Shown here piece after piece: positions 32,265-43,458 of a DNA stretch of 64,000 bases. Below the pieces are notes generated by a model. It was given only the letters and a program-made list of their open reading frames with translations, did no database searches and had not been told where the DNA came from. Where the stretch lies: positions 1,088,001 through 1,152,000 of the forward strand of contig OY781945.1 of the NCBI GenBank assembly GCA_963677435.1, read 5' to 3'. The first letter of the stretch is position 1, and each line of letters opens with the position of its first letter. The position numbers and the translations under genes are program-made. The stretch comes from an uncultured Aliarcobacter sp. GTDB taxonomy: Bacteria > Campylobacterota > Campylobacteria > Campylobacterales > Arcobacteraceae.

Positions 32265-32506
32265 ATGTTAGAAATAGACCTGGGTGTGAGTGTTGTGATA
32301 AAGATTTACCAGCTAATTTAGAAGGTGCATACATTTGTTCATTTGAATGTACTTTTTGTTCTGATTGTGCAAAGGAAATATTAGGATATATTTGCCCAAA
32401 TTGTGGTGGAATTTTAATCCCTAGACCACTAAGAGCTCTTGAAAAATTATTAAATAGTCCAGCTTCAACTTTAAGAACTTTTAATCCTAAAATTTGTAAA
32501 AAATAG
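32265..32506 (+). pseudogene. DUF1272-family Cys-rich small protein with a 1-nt frameshift
   Basis: AAGGA RBS and ATG TTA GAA ATA. After a missing A the frame reads RPGCECCDKDLP...ICSFECTFCSDCA...CPNCGG...RP. Not in the ORF track. Confidence 0.75.
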
Positions 32507-32614
32507 TATTCCAAGTATTAAATATCAGTCTAATATTATTGAAAATAATATGAAAAGAATTAAGTTCTTTAACTATTGTTATTTGCTATTATCAAGAAAA
32601 AAATAAGGAATGTA

Positions 32615-33877
32615 ATGCAAGCAACAAAATCTGTTTATTTAGCCATATCTTCATTATTCTTCTCAATTGGATTTTTAGCAATTGGGTATGGTATGATTAT
32701 GACTTTTATTGGTGTTTTTCTTAAAGAAAATGGAACATCGGATATGGTTATTGGTCTAATAAATGCTGCATTTTTTTTAGGTGCTATGGCATCTTCTATA
32801 TTTAGTCAAAAGATTATTTCATCAGTTGGACATATACGAAGTTTTGTTACATTTGCATCTTTGATGGTTATTACTTTTTTACTACATTCTTTGTTTTTAA
32901 ATGAGTTATTTTGGGCAATTCTTCGGCTTATTTCTGGATTTGCTTATTATGGTTTGTTAATTATCTTGGAAAGCTGGTTAAATGAAAAAAGTTCAAATGA
33001 ACAAAGAGGACAAATATTAGGAATTTATACAACAGTTTTTTATTTAGCAACAGCAATTGGACAGCTATTATTAAATATTGATGAAGATTTTAAACATATG
33101 ATTTTCTCAATTGGGGCTGTTTTAGTTCTTTTTTCTGTAGTTTTCATTGCAATGACAAAAATTGAAGAACCTATTTTAAAACCTTTTGAGAGATATAGTT
33201 TTCCAAAGCTTTACAATGTGGTTCCACTAGCTGTAACAGGAAGTTTTATAAGTGGCTTTTTTGTAGGTGGTTTTTTTACAATGATTCCTTTGTATTTAAT
33301 AAAATTGTATGATTCTAAAGAAGTAATATCTTTATTTATGGCATTTGCACTTTTGGGTGGTTTACTTTCACAATGGCCAATAGGAAAACTTTCAGATATT
33401 TATGGAAGACGAAAACTTATTGCAGCAACTGGAATTTGTACCTCATTAGTTTCATTATTATTTGTTATTTTAACTTTAAATGAAAATATGTTGTATTTTT
33501 TAGCTATTTTATTTGGCGTTAGTATTTTTTGTATTTATCCATTAAGTTTATCAAGAGCAAATGATGTAATAGATGAAAACAAAGATATTGTAGAAATAAG
33601 TCGAGCTTTACTTTTTGCATATGGTACAGGTTCTTTTTTAGCGCCAGTGATTATTGGTATCGCATTTAACTATTTTAGTCCAGAAGTACTTTTTATTATA
33701 TTTTTTATTTTAGGTATTTATTTAGCGTTATATTCATTGTCAAAAAAACGAGTAGATTATGATAAAAGAAGTGTTTTTGTTAATGTTCCTGTATCATCTA
33801 CTGTTATAATGTCAGAAATTGATCCTAGACAAGATGAAAAGTGGGTTGAAGAGCAACATAAAAATAATAATGAATAA
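32615..33877 (+). CDS. MFS transporter (YcaD-like)
   Basis: About 12 hydrophobic segments; ESWLN and QWPIGKLSDIYGRR motifs; ATG at 32615 follows an AAGGA RBS. Confidence 0.88.
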   Translation: MQATKSVYLAISSLFFSIGFLAIGYGMIMTFIGVFLKENGTSDMVIGLINAAFFLGAMASSIFSQKIISSVGHIRSFVTFASLMVITFLLHSLFLNELFWAILRLISGFAYYGLLIILESWLNEKSSNEQRGQILGIYTTVFYLATAIGQLLLNIDEDFKHMIFSIGAVLVLFSVVFIAMTKIEEPILKPFERYSFPKLYNVVPLAVTGSFISGFFVGGFFTMIPLYLIKLYDSKEVISLFMAFALLGGLLSQWPIGKLSDIYGRRKLIAATGICTSLVSLLFVILTLNENMLYFLAILFGVSIFCIYPLSLSRANDVIDENKDIVEISRALLFAYGTGSFLAPVIIGIAFNYFSPEVLFIIFFILGIYLALYSLSKKRVDYDKRSVFVNVPVSSTVIMSEIDPRQDEKWVEEQHKNNNE

Positions 33878-33915
33878 TTTTATTAAGAATTCATAAGATA
33901 ATATAGGATATTTAA

Positions 33916-34545
33916 ATGGAAATTTTTTCTAGTATTTTAATAGCATTATTTATTTATATTTTAGGAATAGCTAGTCCCGGACCTAGTAATCTGGCAATTG
34001 CTCATACTTCAATATATGCAGGAAGAAAAGCAGGAGTTTGTTTTGCTTTAGGTGTAACAATAGGATCATTTTTTTGGGGTATTTGTGCAGCTTCAGGATT
34101 ACAGCCACTTCTTAGTCGATATTCTGATCTTTTGTATATTTTAAAGATTTTAGGTGGTTTATATTTTCTTTATTTAGCCTATAACTCTTTTAAAATGCTT
34201 ATGAAAAAAGAGCAAAAAAAAGTTGAAATAAAAGAGTCTAAAAGTTATTTATCAAAATATTTCTTTTCAGGAATAATGATGCACTTATTAAATCCAAAAG
34301 CAATTGCAGTTTGGATTGCAATTATTGCAGTTGCTTTACCAAATGGACAAAATACAATGTCAATATATTTACCTGTTATACTTTGTTTACCTTTTGGAAT
34401 AGTAGTTTTTATAGGTTATGCTTTTATGTTTTCTAATGAAAAGGTAGTTAATAAATATTTTAACTTTAAAAAGTATATTGATGGTTTTATAGGAGTGACT
34501 TTTTCAATTGTAGGATGTAAACTTTTGTTCGATAGCAATAAATAA
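33916..34545 (+). CDS. LysE/RhtB family translocator
   Basis: SPGPSN, GGLYFLYLA and LLNPKA motifs. Confidence 0.92.
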   Translation: MEIFSSILIALFIYILGIASPGPSNLAIAHTSIYAGRKAGVCFALGVTIGSFFWGICAASGLQPLLSRYSDLLYILKILGGLYFLYLAYNSFKMLMKKEQKKVEIKESKSYLSKYFFSGIMMHLLNPKAIAVWIAIIAVALPNGQNTMSIYLPVILCLPFGIVVFIGYAFMFSNEKVVNKYFNFKKYIDGFIGVTFSIVGCKLLFDSNK

Positions 34546-34586
34546 GAGTTTTATTAGGATTTTTTGCATTCATTTTACATTTTTTT

Positions 34587-37238
34587 TTGATATACTCAGA
34601 TAATTTTATTAAGAGGGCTATTTTGTATTTACTAAAAATAATTAAATTCTTATTTGTTCTAATAATTTTACTTACTCAATCAATATATGCAAAAGAATTA
34701 AAAAAAGTTACATTACAATTGTCTTGGTTTGATCAGTTTCAATTTGCAGGTTATTATATGGCCAAACAAAAAGGTTTTTATGAGGATTTAGGTTTAGATG
34801 TTGAAATAAAACCTTTTGAATTTGGTGTAGATATTCCTAAAAGTGTGAATGATGGAAAAATCGATTTTGCAGTAGGAAGAGAAACTTTAATTCTTGAGCG
34901 AATAAAGAATCCCAATATCGTTGCTTTATATGCTTTGTTTCAATCAACACCATTGGTCTTATTAAGTACCAAAGAATCTGGAATTAATAGTATAAACGAT
35001 TTTTCTAATAAAAGAATTATGACTACAATAGATGATGCTAGTGAAGTTTCACTAAAAGCAATGATAACTTCAAATAAAGTAAAAATTGAAAATTTAACAT
35101 TTTTAAAACATACTCATAATATAGATGATTTACTCAATAAAAAAACAGATGTTATTTCAGCATATATTTCAAAAGCTCCCTTTTGGTTGCAAAAAGAAGG
35201 AATAGATTATAATATTTTTGATCCAAAGAAATATGGCTTTGATATGTATAGTGATATGTTATATACAAATCAAAACCTTATTAATTATGATTTGAATACA
35301 GTTTTATTATTTAAAAAAGCATCATTAAAAGGTTGGGAGTATGCATATGCAAACCCCCAAGAGAGTGTTGATGTAATACTAAATAACTATAATAGTCAAA
35401 ATTTACAAAAAGATGAACTTTTATATGAAGAAAGGGAATTGAAAAAACTATCTTATTTTAAAACTTCTAATCTGGGAGAAATCAGAAAAGATAAAATTCA
35501 AAGAATTTATGATTTGTACAATGTAATGGGATTAGTACCAAGCCCTATAAATATAGATAAATTTGTTTTTGATATAAATAATTTAAATAATTCAACTTTT
35601 TCCGCAAAAGAGACTAAATATGTAGAAGAAAGAGATAGTATTAAAATGTGTATTATGCCAGATAGTATGCCATATAGTGATATAAAAGATGGAGAATTTA
35701 CAGGATTTGTTGCTGATTATATATCTTTAATAGAAGAAAAAATAAAAAAACCTATAACTTTAGTTCCTACAAATACCTGGAAAGAATCTTTAGAGTTTGC
35801 AAAAGATAGAAAGTGTGATATATTATCATCTGCTACTCAAACAAAAGAGCGTGAGAATAATTTTAATTTTACAAAATCTTATATTGATATTCCTTTTGTT
35901 CTTTTAACAAAAAGTGATACTTCTTTTATTAGTGATCTTTCTTCTTTAAAAAATAAGAAAGTTTCTATTGTTGAAGATTATGCAATTTTAGATTTACTAA
36001 AAAGTAAATATAGAAATATTGAGTTTGTAAAAGTTGAAAATATTGATGAAGGATTAAAAAAAGTTATTGATAAAGAAGTTTTTGGACATATTGATACAAT
36101 ATCAACCTCTTGGTATAAATTACAAACAAAATACTTAACACAAGTTGCTGTTTCAGCCAAACTTGATGAAAGTGTAAGTTTATCAATTGCTGTTAGAAAT
36201 GATGAACCTATTTTATTTGATGTTTTTCAAAAAGCAGTTTTAAGTATTGATGATTTTACAAAAAATGAGATGCTTAACAAATGGATTTCTATTGAATATA
36301 AAAAAGAGTTTGATTATTCTATTTTATGGAAAGTATTTGTAGTTCTTATAATTATTTTTATTTTATATAGACAAAAACTTTTAAATAAATTAAATAATAA
36401 TTTAAAAAGAAAAGTTGAAGAAAAAACTAAAGCACTAAGGGATATAAATAGTCAATTAGAAATTAGAATAAAAAAAGAAGTTGAAGAAAATTTGAAAAAA
36501 GATAGACTTTTATCGCAACAACAAAAAATGGTTTCTATGGGACAAATGATAGAAAATATTGCACATCAATGGAGACAACCTTTATCTTTAATTACTACTG
36601 GTGTTAGTGGTATAAAAATTAAAAAAGAGTTAAATGATTTAGATGATAAATTTTTGTATGATACTTTAGATTCTATTTTGAATACTTCAAAATATTTATC
36701 AAACACTATTGATGATTTTAGATATTTTTTTAAACCACAAAAAAAGAAAGAAAATTTTTATTTAGAAAATTGTTGTAATAAAACAGTAGATTTAATGAAT
36801 CCAAATTTTTTAACTAGAAAGATAAAAATAATAAAAAATATAAAAAATATAAAAATTTTTGGATATGAAACTGAGTTAATTCAAGTTTTGATTAATATTT
36901 TAAATAATTCAAAAGATGCTCTAGAATTTTCACAAAATGAAGATAAGATTATCTATATTAATATCTTTGAAGAGAATAATAAAGCTATTATTGAAATAAA
37001 AGATAATGCGGGTGGAATTGATGAAAAAATCATTGATAAAATTTTTGAACCATATTTTACAACTAAACATCAAAGTCAAGGAACAGGAATAGGTTTATTT
37101 ATGTGTCAAGAGATAATTAACAAACATATGAATGGTAAAATATATATTTCAAATACAAGTTTTAATTATAAAAATAAGAGTTATAAAGGAACTTTAACAA
37201 AAATTATTTTAGAAAATTTGATAAAAGATATTAATTAA
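34587..37238 (+). CDS. Sensor histidine kinase with NMT1/THI5-like and SBP_bac_3 periplasmic domains
   Basis: LQLSWFDQFQFAGYY, second SBP domain, TM segment, IAHQWRQPL H-box, NNSKDA, DNAGG, GTGIGL. Confidence 0.9.
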   Translation: MIYSDNFIKRAILYLLKIIKFLFVLIILLTQSIYAKELKKVTLQLSWFDQFQFAGYYMAKQKGFYEDLGLDVEIKPFEFGVDIPKSVNDGKIDFAVGRETLILERIKNPNIVALYALFQSTPLVLLSTKESGINSINDFSNKRIMTTIDDASEVSLKAMITSNKVKIENLTFLKHTHNIDDLLNKKTDVISAYISKAPFWLQKEGIDYNIFDPKKYGFDMYSDMLYTNQNLINYDLNTVLLFKKASLKGWEYAYANPQESVDVILNNYNSQNLQKDELLYEERELKKLSYFKTSNLGEIRKDKIQRIYDLYNVMGLVPSPINIDKFVFDINNLNNSTFSAKETKYVEERDSIKMCIMPDSMPYSDIKDGEFTGFVADYISLIEEKIKKPITLVPTNTWKESLEFAKDRKCDILSSATQTKERENNFNFTKSYIDIPFVLLTKSDTSFISDLSSLKNKKVSIVEDYAILDLLKSKYRNIEFVKVENIDEGLKKVIDKEVFGHIDTISTSWYKLQTKYLTQVAVSAKLDESVSLSIAVRNDEPILFDVFQKAVLSIDDFTKNEMLNKWISIEYKKEFDYSILWKVFVVLIIIFILYRQKLLNKLNNNLKRKVEEKTKALRDINSQLEIRIKKEVEENLKKDRLLSQQQKMVSMGQMIENIAHQWRQPLSLITTGVSGIKIKKELNDLDDKFLYDTLDSILNTSKYLSNTIDDFRYFFKPQKKKENFYLENCCNKTVDLMNPNFLTRKIKIIKNIKNIKIFGYETELIQVLINILNNSKDALEFSQNEDKIIYINIFEENNKAIIEIKDNAGGIDEKIIDKIFEPYFTTKHQSQGTGIGLFMCQEIINKHMNGKIYISNTSFNYKNKSYKGTLTKIILENLIKDIN

Positions 37239-37304
37239 AAGTTTAGCCATTACCAAATTATCTTTAGATATAATCTTTTTAATAAAAAATAATTAGGACA
37301 AGTA

Positions 37305-38579
37305 TTGAATTGGTTAGAAATAGATAAAGAATATGTATGGCATCCTTATAACTCACTTCCTTCAAAAACAAAAATTTTACCAGTTACTTCTACAAATAAA
37401 ACTTCAATTTTTTTACAAACAGGTGAAGAATTAATTGATGGTATGAGTTCTTGGTGGAGTGCAATTCATGGATATAATAATCCTGTATTAAATGAAGCAC
37501 TAAAAAAACAAGTTGAAATTATGCCTCATATTATGTTTGGTGGACTGGCCCACGAACAAGCTAGTTTATTAACAAAAAAGTTAGTTGATTTAACAAAACT
37601 TCATAGTGTTTTTTTATGTGATAGTGGTTCAGTTTCTGTTGAAGTTGCATTAAAAACTGCAATTCTTTATCAAAAAGCAAAGGGTTTAAAAAAATATAAA
37701 TTCTTAGCACTTGAAAATGCTTATCATGGCGATACATTAGGTGCTATGAGTGTTTGTGACCCACAAAATTCTATGCATAGTATTTATGGTTCATATTTAA
37801 GTGAGAATATCTTTACCAAAGCTCCAGCTTTAGGATTTCAATCTGATTGTAGTGATGAGATTGAAATCTTAGAAAACAATTTTGAAAAACATCATAATGA
37901 AATTGCAGCTTTTATTCTTGAACCTATTGTTCAAGGTGCAGGTGGAATGAGAATTTATAATCCACAGTATCTAAAAAAAGCTAGAGAATTATGTACAAAA
38001 TATGATATTTTATTAATTGCAGATGAAATAGCAACAGGTTTTGGACATACAGGGCGTATGTTTGCATGTGAATGGGCAGAAATTAAACCTGATATAATGA
38101 CTCTTGGAAAAGGTTTAACAGGTGGTTACATGACAATGGCTGCAATGATTACTTCAAGAGATGTAAGTCAAGTAATTTCAAATAGCGAAATTGGCGTACT
38201 TATGCATGGTCCAACATTTATGGCAAATCCACTTGCTTGTAGTATCGCAAATGCAAGTATTGATTTACTTTTAAGTTCTTCATGGCTGCAAAATGTAAAT
38301 AAAATCCAAGATATTTTTTCCCAAGAATTAGAATTTGCAAAAGATCTAAAATTAGTAAAAGATGTTCGAAATATTGGAGCTATAGGAATTATTGAATTAA
38401 AAGATGATATTTATGCTCAAATGATTCAAGATTATTGTGTAAAAAATGGTGTTTGGATACGACCTTTTGGAAAACTTATTTATTCAATTGTTGCATATAC
38501 TATAGAAGACAATGATTTGAAAAAGATAGTTAAGACAATGATTGAAGCCATTAAAAGCTTAGAAGAAAAAGAATTATAA
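37305..38579 (+). CDS. bioA: Adenosylmethionine-8-amino-7-oxononanoate aminotransferase
   Basis: WHPY, DGMSSWW, SGSVSVEVALK, YHGDT, DEIATGFG, HGPTFMANPLAC motifs. Confidence 0.96.
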   Translation: MNWLEIDKEYVWHPYNSLPSKTKILPVTSTNKTSIFLQTGEELIDGMSSWWSAIHGYNNPVLNEALKKQVEIMPHIMFGGLAHEQASLLTKKLVDLTKLHSVFLCDSGSVSVEVALKTAILYQKAKGLKKYKFLALENAYHGDTLGAMSVCDPQNSMHSIYGSYLSENIFTKAPALGFQSDCSDEIEILENNFEKHHNEIAAFILEPIVQGAGGMRIYNPQYLKKARELCTKYDILLIADEIATGFGHTGRMFACEWAEIKPDIMTLGKGLTGGYMTMAAMITSRDVSQVISNSEIGVLMHGPTFMANPLACSIANASIDLLLSSSWLQNVNKIQDIFSQELEFAKDLKLVKDVRNIGAIGIIELKDDIYAQMIQDYCVKNGVWIRPFGKLIYSIVAYTIEDNDLKKIVKTMIEAIKSLEEKEL

Positions 38580-39235
38580 TGAAAAAAGATAATCTAAAAA
38601 AACTAGTATCTAATTTACCAAAATATCCTAATATATTAGGTCGTGATAGATTTTTTAATAGTGCTGTTTTAATTCCTCTTGTAAAAATAAAAGGTGAATA
38701 TCATCTTTTATTTCAAAAAAGAGCAGCAACTATTAGGCAAGGTGGAGATATTTGTTTCCCTGGTGGTGGTTTTGAAAAAGGTATTGATAATAATTTTAAA
38801 GATACAGCTTTAAGGGAAACTTTTGAAGAGTTAGGAATCCAAAAAAAAGATATAAAAATTTTAGGACAACTTGATACTTATATTGCACCAATTGGAACGG
38901 TGATAGAACCTTTTGTTGCAAAAGTTAAGAAAAAAGCTTATGAAAATATGAAAATCGATTCTAGTGAAGTTGAAAAAACTTTTTTAATTCCAATCTCATT
39001 TTTTAGAGAAACACAAGCTGAAGAGTATACCTTAGCCCATGAAATACATCCTTATAAAATTAATAATGAGGGAGAAAAAGAGATTTATTTCCCTGTTGAA
39101 GAGTTAGGTCTTCCAGAAGCTTATAGAAAACCTTGGGGACATAAACGACATAAAATTTGGGTTTATAAATACGGTGGAGAAGTAATCTGGGGGATTACTT
39201 CGGTTTTAATAAAAGAGTTAATAGCTAAGTATTAA
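38579..39235 (+). CDS. Nudix hydrolase (CoA pyrophosphatase-like)
   Basis: AVLIPL, ICFPGG...ALRETFEELG Nudix box, IWGIT. Confidence 0.9.
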   Translation: MKKDNLKKLVSNLPKYPNILGRDRFFNSAVLIPLVKIKGEYHLLFQKRAATIRQGGDICFPGGGFEKGIDNNFKDTALRETFEELGIQKKDIKILGQLDTYIAPIGTVIEPFVAKVKKKAYENMKIDSSEVEKTFLIPISFFRETQAEEYTLAHEIHPYKINNEGEKEIYFPVEELGLPEAYRKPWGHKRHKIWVYKYGGEVIWGITSVLIKELIAKY

Positions 39236-39573
39236 ATAGTCATTACAGACCAAGTATCATCTTTTAAAGCTTTTGTTAAAAGCTCACCAGTATGTGTGAT
39301 TTCAATATTTAAATTTTCTAAAATAGATGTTGCTTCATAATCCTCAACACAAACTATACAAGCACTCATTTTGACACCCGTATCTTGTATCTTTTTTAGC
39401 TGTTCTTGTATTTGTAAGTTGTTTTTTGCAAGTAATATTGAAGGCCCCCAAAGCATAAGATGAGCAGTTTTCCAATATTCTCTTTCTAAAATAACAGAAG
39501 AATACAAAAGTGGGAATTTATTAGCCACTTCTATATCACCATTTGTCCAAACTATTAGTAGATTTTCTTTCAT
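39232..39573 (-). CDS. DsrE-family protein
   Basis: LMLWGPS and ACIVC motifs; 113 aa. Confidence 0.7.
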   Translation of the reverse strand: MKENLLIVWTNGDIEVANKFPLLYSSVILEREYWKTAHLMLWGPSILLAKNNLQIQEQLKKIQDTGVKMSACIVCVEDYEATSILENLNIEITHTGELLTKALKDDTWSVMTI

Positions 39574-39633
39574 TTAAAAAGCCTTTGGTTATAATTTTTG
39601 TAAGATTATATAATAAATTTTAAAGGATATAAA

Positions 39634-40248
39634 ATGAATAGAATATTATTGGGTAATAGTGAGATTTTTCCATCAAAAGTTGTATGTATTGGACGAAACT
39701 ATATTGATCATATAAATGAATTAAATAATGAGATACCAGAAGATATGGTTTTTTTCATAAAACCAAATTCAGCAATTTCTGATAAATTAATTTTCCCAAA
39801 GAATCAAGATTCTTGTCATTATGAAGCAGAGATTTCATTTTTAATTGAAAATGACAAAATAACAGCTCTTGCTTTTGGCTTAGATTTGACTTTAAGAGAA
39901 GTTCAAAGTAAATTAAAACAAAAAGGTCTTCCATGGGAGAGAGCAAAAGCTTTTGATGGTGCGGCAGTTTTCTCAAAATTTGTAAGTTTCAGTGGTGATA
40001 TTTCAAAACTTGAACTTGAACTTTATATAAATGGTGAATTAAAACAAAAAGGTGATTACTCTTTAATGATAAATAAACCATATGACATTATTAATGAAGC
40101 TAAAACTTTCTTAACTTTTGAAGATGGCGATATATTAATGAGTGGAACTCCAAAAGGTGTTGGAGCATTTAAAATAGGTGATGAATTTCTTGGAAAAATA
40201 TTAGTAAATGGCGAGATAATCATAGAAGAAAGTTTTAAAGTTTCATAA
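39634..40248 (+). CDS. Fumarylacetoacetate hydrolase family protein
   Basis: CIGRNY, FIKP, HYEAE, WERAKAFD, GDILMSGTPKGVG motifs. Confidence 0.93.
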   Translation: MNRILLGNSEIFPSKVVCIGRNYIDHINELNNEIPEDMVFFIKPNSAISDKLIFPKNQDSCHYEAEISFLIENDKITALAFGLDLTLREVQSKLKQKGLPWERAKAFDGAAVFSKFVSFSGDISKLELELYINGELKQKGDYSLMINKPYDIINEAKTFLTFEDGDILMSGTPKGVGAFKIGDEFLGKILVNGEIIIEESFKVS

Positions 40249-40299
40249 TAGATAATATTACTATGTTATAATATTCTCAATTGGAAGAAAGGAGTATAA

Positions 40300-43200
40300 A
40301 TGAAATATTTTATTCTTATTGTTATTTTTATAAGTGCACTTTTTTCTTCTGTAATTGAGGATAATAAATCTGTATTTACTGCTGAAGAATTACAATGGAT
40401 TAAAGATAATCCAGTTGTTAAAATTGGAGCTGATTCAAATTGGCCACCATTTGAGTATTTAAATGAATCGGGAAAATATGAAGGAATTGCATCTGATTAT
40501 TTAGAAATATTGAGTAAATATACAGGCTTAAAATTTGAAGTTTATGCAGATGATTGGTATAGTGTAATAACAAAAATAAAAGAGAAAAAGCTAGATATGT
40601 TAGCTTGTGTTGCAAGAACAGAAGATAGAGAGAAATATTTAAATTATTCAAATCCTTATTTAACAATAGATGTTGTTGTTATTGGAAAAAAAGATTTAAA
40701 AATCAAAAAATTTGATGAAATCAAAAATTATGTAGTTGCAGTTCAAAAAGACAATTTTGTTTATGAAAGATTAGTCAAAAAATACCCTAATATGAAATTT
40801 GTATTTGCAAAATCAAATAAAGAAGCTTTTGAATTAGTATCTTATGGAAAAGCAGATATTTTTATTGGAAATATGCCAGTATTTTCTTATTTTGTTCAAA
40901 AAGAGTTATATACAAATATAGAAGTTAAATTCAAAGCTGATTTTGACAAAATTGATTTATCTATGGCTGTGCTAAAAGAAAATCAAACACTATTTAATAT
41001 TATTCAAAAAGTTATGCCATTAATTATTCAAAAAGAAGAAGATAAAATAAATAAAAAATGGATATTTGAATTAGATGAAAAAAAGAAAAAAATCAATTTT
41101 ACAAAAGAAGAAATTGATTGGATAAAACATACTCCAATACTTAAAATTTCAGGGGATCCAGCTTGGCCACCGTACTCTTTTTATGATGAAAATGAAAATC
41201 ATATAGGTATGATTCCTGATTTAGTTAATGAAGTTTTTAAAGATAGTAATATCAAAGTTGAGTATGTAAAAACTAATTCTTGGTCTCAAACATTAGATTT
41301 AATTAAAGAAAAAAAAATAGATTTAATAGATTCCATATCTTATTATCCTTCACGGGATAAATTCTTAAATTTTTCTAATAAATACATGGGAACAGAAATA
41401 GTAATAATTGCAAATAATAAAGAATCTAACTATGTAAATTCTCTTAATAATATTTCCAATAAAATTATTGCAACAGGGAAAGGCTATTTAGTTAGTGAAG
41501 AGATTAAACATGATTTCCCTCAAATTAAAAATATTAAAGAATATGATACACCGTTGGAAGGCTTAAAAGATTTATCAAATTCAAGAATAGATTATTTTAT
41601 AATGGATATTCCTTCTTTTGAGTTTTATAGTAAAAAATATAGCATAAGTAATCTAAAAATTGTAGGGCCAACTGGTTACAACTATAAATATGGTTTTGGC
41701 GTAAAAAAAGATGATGAAATATTAGTTTCAATTTTAAATAAATTATTAGAGAATGTTTCTTCTAGTAAAAAAGATGAAATCTATAGAAAATGGGTAAAAG
41801 TTGAATATGAGCAAAAAATTGATTATGATTTAATTTGGAAAATATTAAGTATTTCAATAATCATATTGTCAATTATCTTTTATTGGAATAGAAAGTTAAA
41901 ACAAGAGATTAGAGAAAAAGAGAAAATACAAAAAGAGCTAGAAACTGAACGAAATAATATTAGTTCTTTAAATGAAGAGTTAAAAAAAGCAAAAGATATA
42001 GCTGAAAATGTTGCAAAACAAAAAAGTGAATTTTTAGCAAATATGAGCCATGAAATTAGAACTCCTATGAATTCAGTAATAGGTTTTACTGAGATTTTAG
42101 ATAAAGAGATACAAAATCCACTCCATAAAGAGTATCTAAATTCAATAAAAAAAGGTGGTAATTCTCTTCTTAGAATAATAAATGATATTTTAGATTTATC
42201 AAAAATTGAAGCTGGTAAATTAGAAATTAGAAATGAATCACTAAACCCTAGAAATATGTTTTTAGAAATTGAATCAATATTTCACTCAAAGATAATAAGT
42301 AAAAATATAACTTTTGTTCTAGATATTGATAAAAATATTCCTAAATATATAATAATTGATGGAGTTAGAATAAGACAAATTTTATTTAATTTAATTGGAA
42401 ATGCAATTAAATTTACTGAAAGAGGGCAAATAAAATTAAAAGTTGAAAATCTTTATAAAGATAATATAAAAAGTAAAATAGATTTAATATTTAGTGTAGA
42501 AGATACAGGAATTGGAATAGATGAAAAAAACTTGATTTCTATTTTTAATGCTTTTGAGCAAGTATCAAATTTTGATGTTGCAAAATATGGTGGAACAGGA
42601 TTAGGACTTGCTATTTGTGCAAAATTAGTTCATATGTTAAATGGTGAAATTAAAGTACAAAGTCAAAGAAACAAAGGCTCAATATTTACAGTGATTTTAA
42701 AAGATATTCCAGTTAGCTCTATTGAAGAAGAGATTACTCCTTCAAAATTTTTAGCTTCAAATATTGAATTTGAAAAAGCACAAATATTAGTTGTAGATGA
42801 TATAGAAGAAAATAGAAAATTGGTGCAAGCTAGTTTAAAAGAGTTTGATATAAACTTAGTTATGGCTCAAAATGGAAAAGAAGCTATAGAAAAACTTAGA
42901 AATATTAATATTGATTTGATTTTAATGGATTTAAGAATGCCTGTTATGGATGGATATGAAGCTGCAAATATTATAAAAAATGATTCTAAATTAAAAACTA
43001 TTCCCTTAATTGCATTAACAGCATCAGTAATGGGAAAAGATTTGGAAAAAGTATCAAAATTTGGTTTTGATGGATATTTGAGAAAGCCAGTTATTTTAGA
43101 TGATTTAATTGAAGAGTTATCAAAATATATAAAATATCATTTAAAAAATGAAAATATAATAGAAAAAAATGATAATAAAATTATGAATCCTAATAAATTA

Positions 43201-43458
43201 AAATTTGTTATAGGAAAATTAGAAAAAGAGTTAAAAAATGAGTGGTTACTTATAAAAGATGCGGGCGATTTCTCATTAATAGAAAAATTTGCTGAAAAGT
43301 TAAATTCTTTGTCAGTAGAAAAAGATATTTATTTATTGAAAGATTATGTAGATGAATTAGTAAAAAATATAGAATCTTTTGATATTGAAAAAGTTGATTA
43401 TTTAATGAATAGTTATTTGGAATTAATTGATAGTTTAAAGGCTAAAATTGGAAGATAA
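40300..43458 (+). CDS. Hybrid sensor histidine kinase (two SBP domains, HisKA, HATPase, REC)
   Basis: FLANMSHEIRTPMN, NLIGNAIKFT, GGTGLGL, LILMDLRMPVMDG motifs. Confidence 0.95.
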   Translation: MKYFILIVIFISALFSSVIEDNKSVFTAEELQWIKDNPVVKIGADSNWPPFEYLNESGKYEGIASDYLEILSKYTGLKFEVYADDWYSVITKIKEKKLDMLACVARTEDREKYLNYSNPYLTIDVVVIGKKDLKIKKFDEIKNYVVAVQKDNFVYERLVKKYPNMKFVFAKSNKEAFELVSYGKADIFIGNMPVFSYFVQKELYTNIEVKFKADFDKIDLSMAVLKENQTLFNIIQKVMPLIIQKEEDKINKKWIFELDEKKKKINFTKEEIDWIKHTPILKISGDPAWPPYSFYDENENHIGMIPDLVNEVFKDSNIKVEYVKTNSWSQTLDLIKEKKIDLIDSISYYPSRDKFLNFSNKYMGTEIVIIANNKESNYVNSLNNISNKIIATGKGYLVSEEIKHDFPQIKNIKEYDTPLEGLKDLSNSRIDYFIMDIPSFEFYSKKYSISNLKIVGPTGYNYKYGFGVKKDDEILVSILNKLLENVSSSKKDEIYRKWVKVEYEQKIDYDLIWKILSISIIILSIIFYWNRKLKQEIREKEKIQKELETERNNISSLNEELKKAKDIAENVAKQKSEFLANMSHEIRTPMNSVIGFTEILDKEIQNPLHKEYLNSIKKGGNSLLRIINDILDLSKIEAGKLEIRNESLNPRNMFLEIESIFHSKIISKNITFVLDIDKNIPKYIIIDGVRIRQILFNLIGNAIKFTERGQIKLKVENLYKDNIKSKIDLIFSVEDTGIGIDEKNLISIFNAFEQVSNFDVAKYGGTGLGLAICAKLVHMLNGEIKVQSQRNKGSIFTVILKDIPVSSIEEEITPSKFLASNIEFEKAQILVVDDIEENRKLVQASLKEFDINLVMAQNGKEAIEKLRNINIDLILMDLRMPVMDGYEAANIIKNDSKLKTIPLIALTASVMGKDLEKVSKFGFDGYLRKPVILDDLIEELSKYIKYHLKNENIIEKNDNKIMNPNKLKFVIGKLEKELKNEWLLIKDAGDFSLIEKFAEKLNSLSVEKDIYLLKDYVDELVKNIESFDIEKVDYLMNSYLELIDSLKAKIGR

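Noticed and set aside
32260..32514. 84-aa minus-strand ORF
   Set aside because: Antisense shadow of the frameshifted DUF1272 gene, which has the RBS and Cys motifs.
36822..36857. ATAAAAAAT tandem repeat (IKNIKNIK)
   Set aside because: Short in-frame low-complexity run in an AT-rich kinase gene; no evidence of phase variation.
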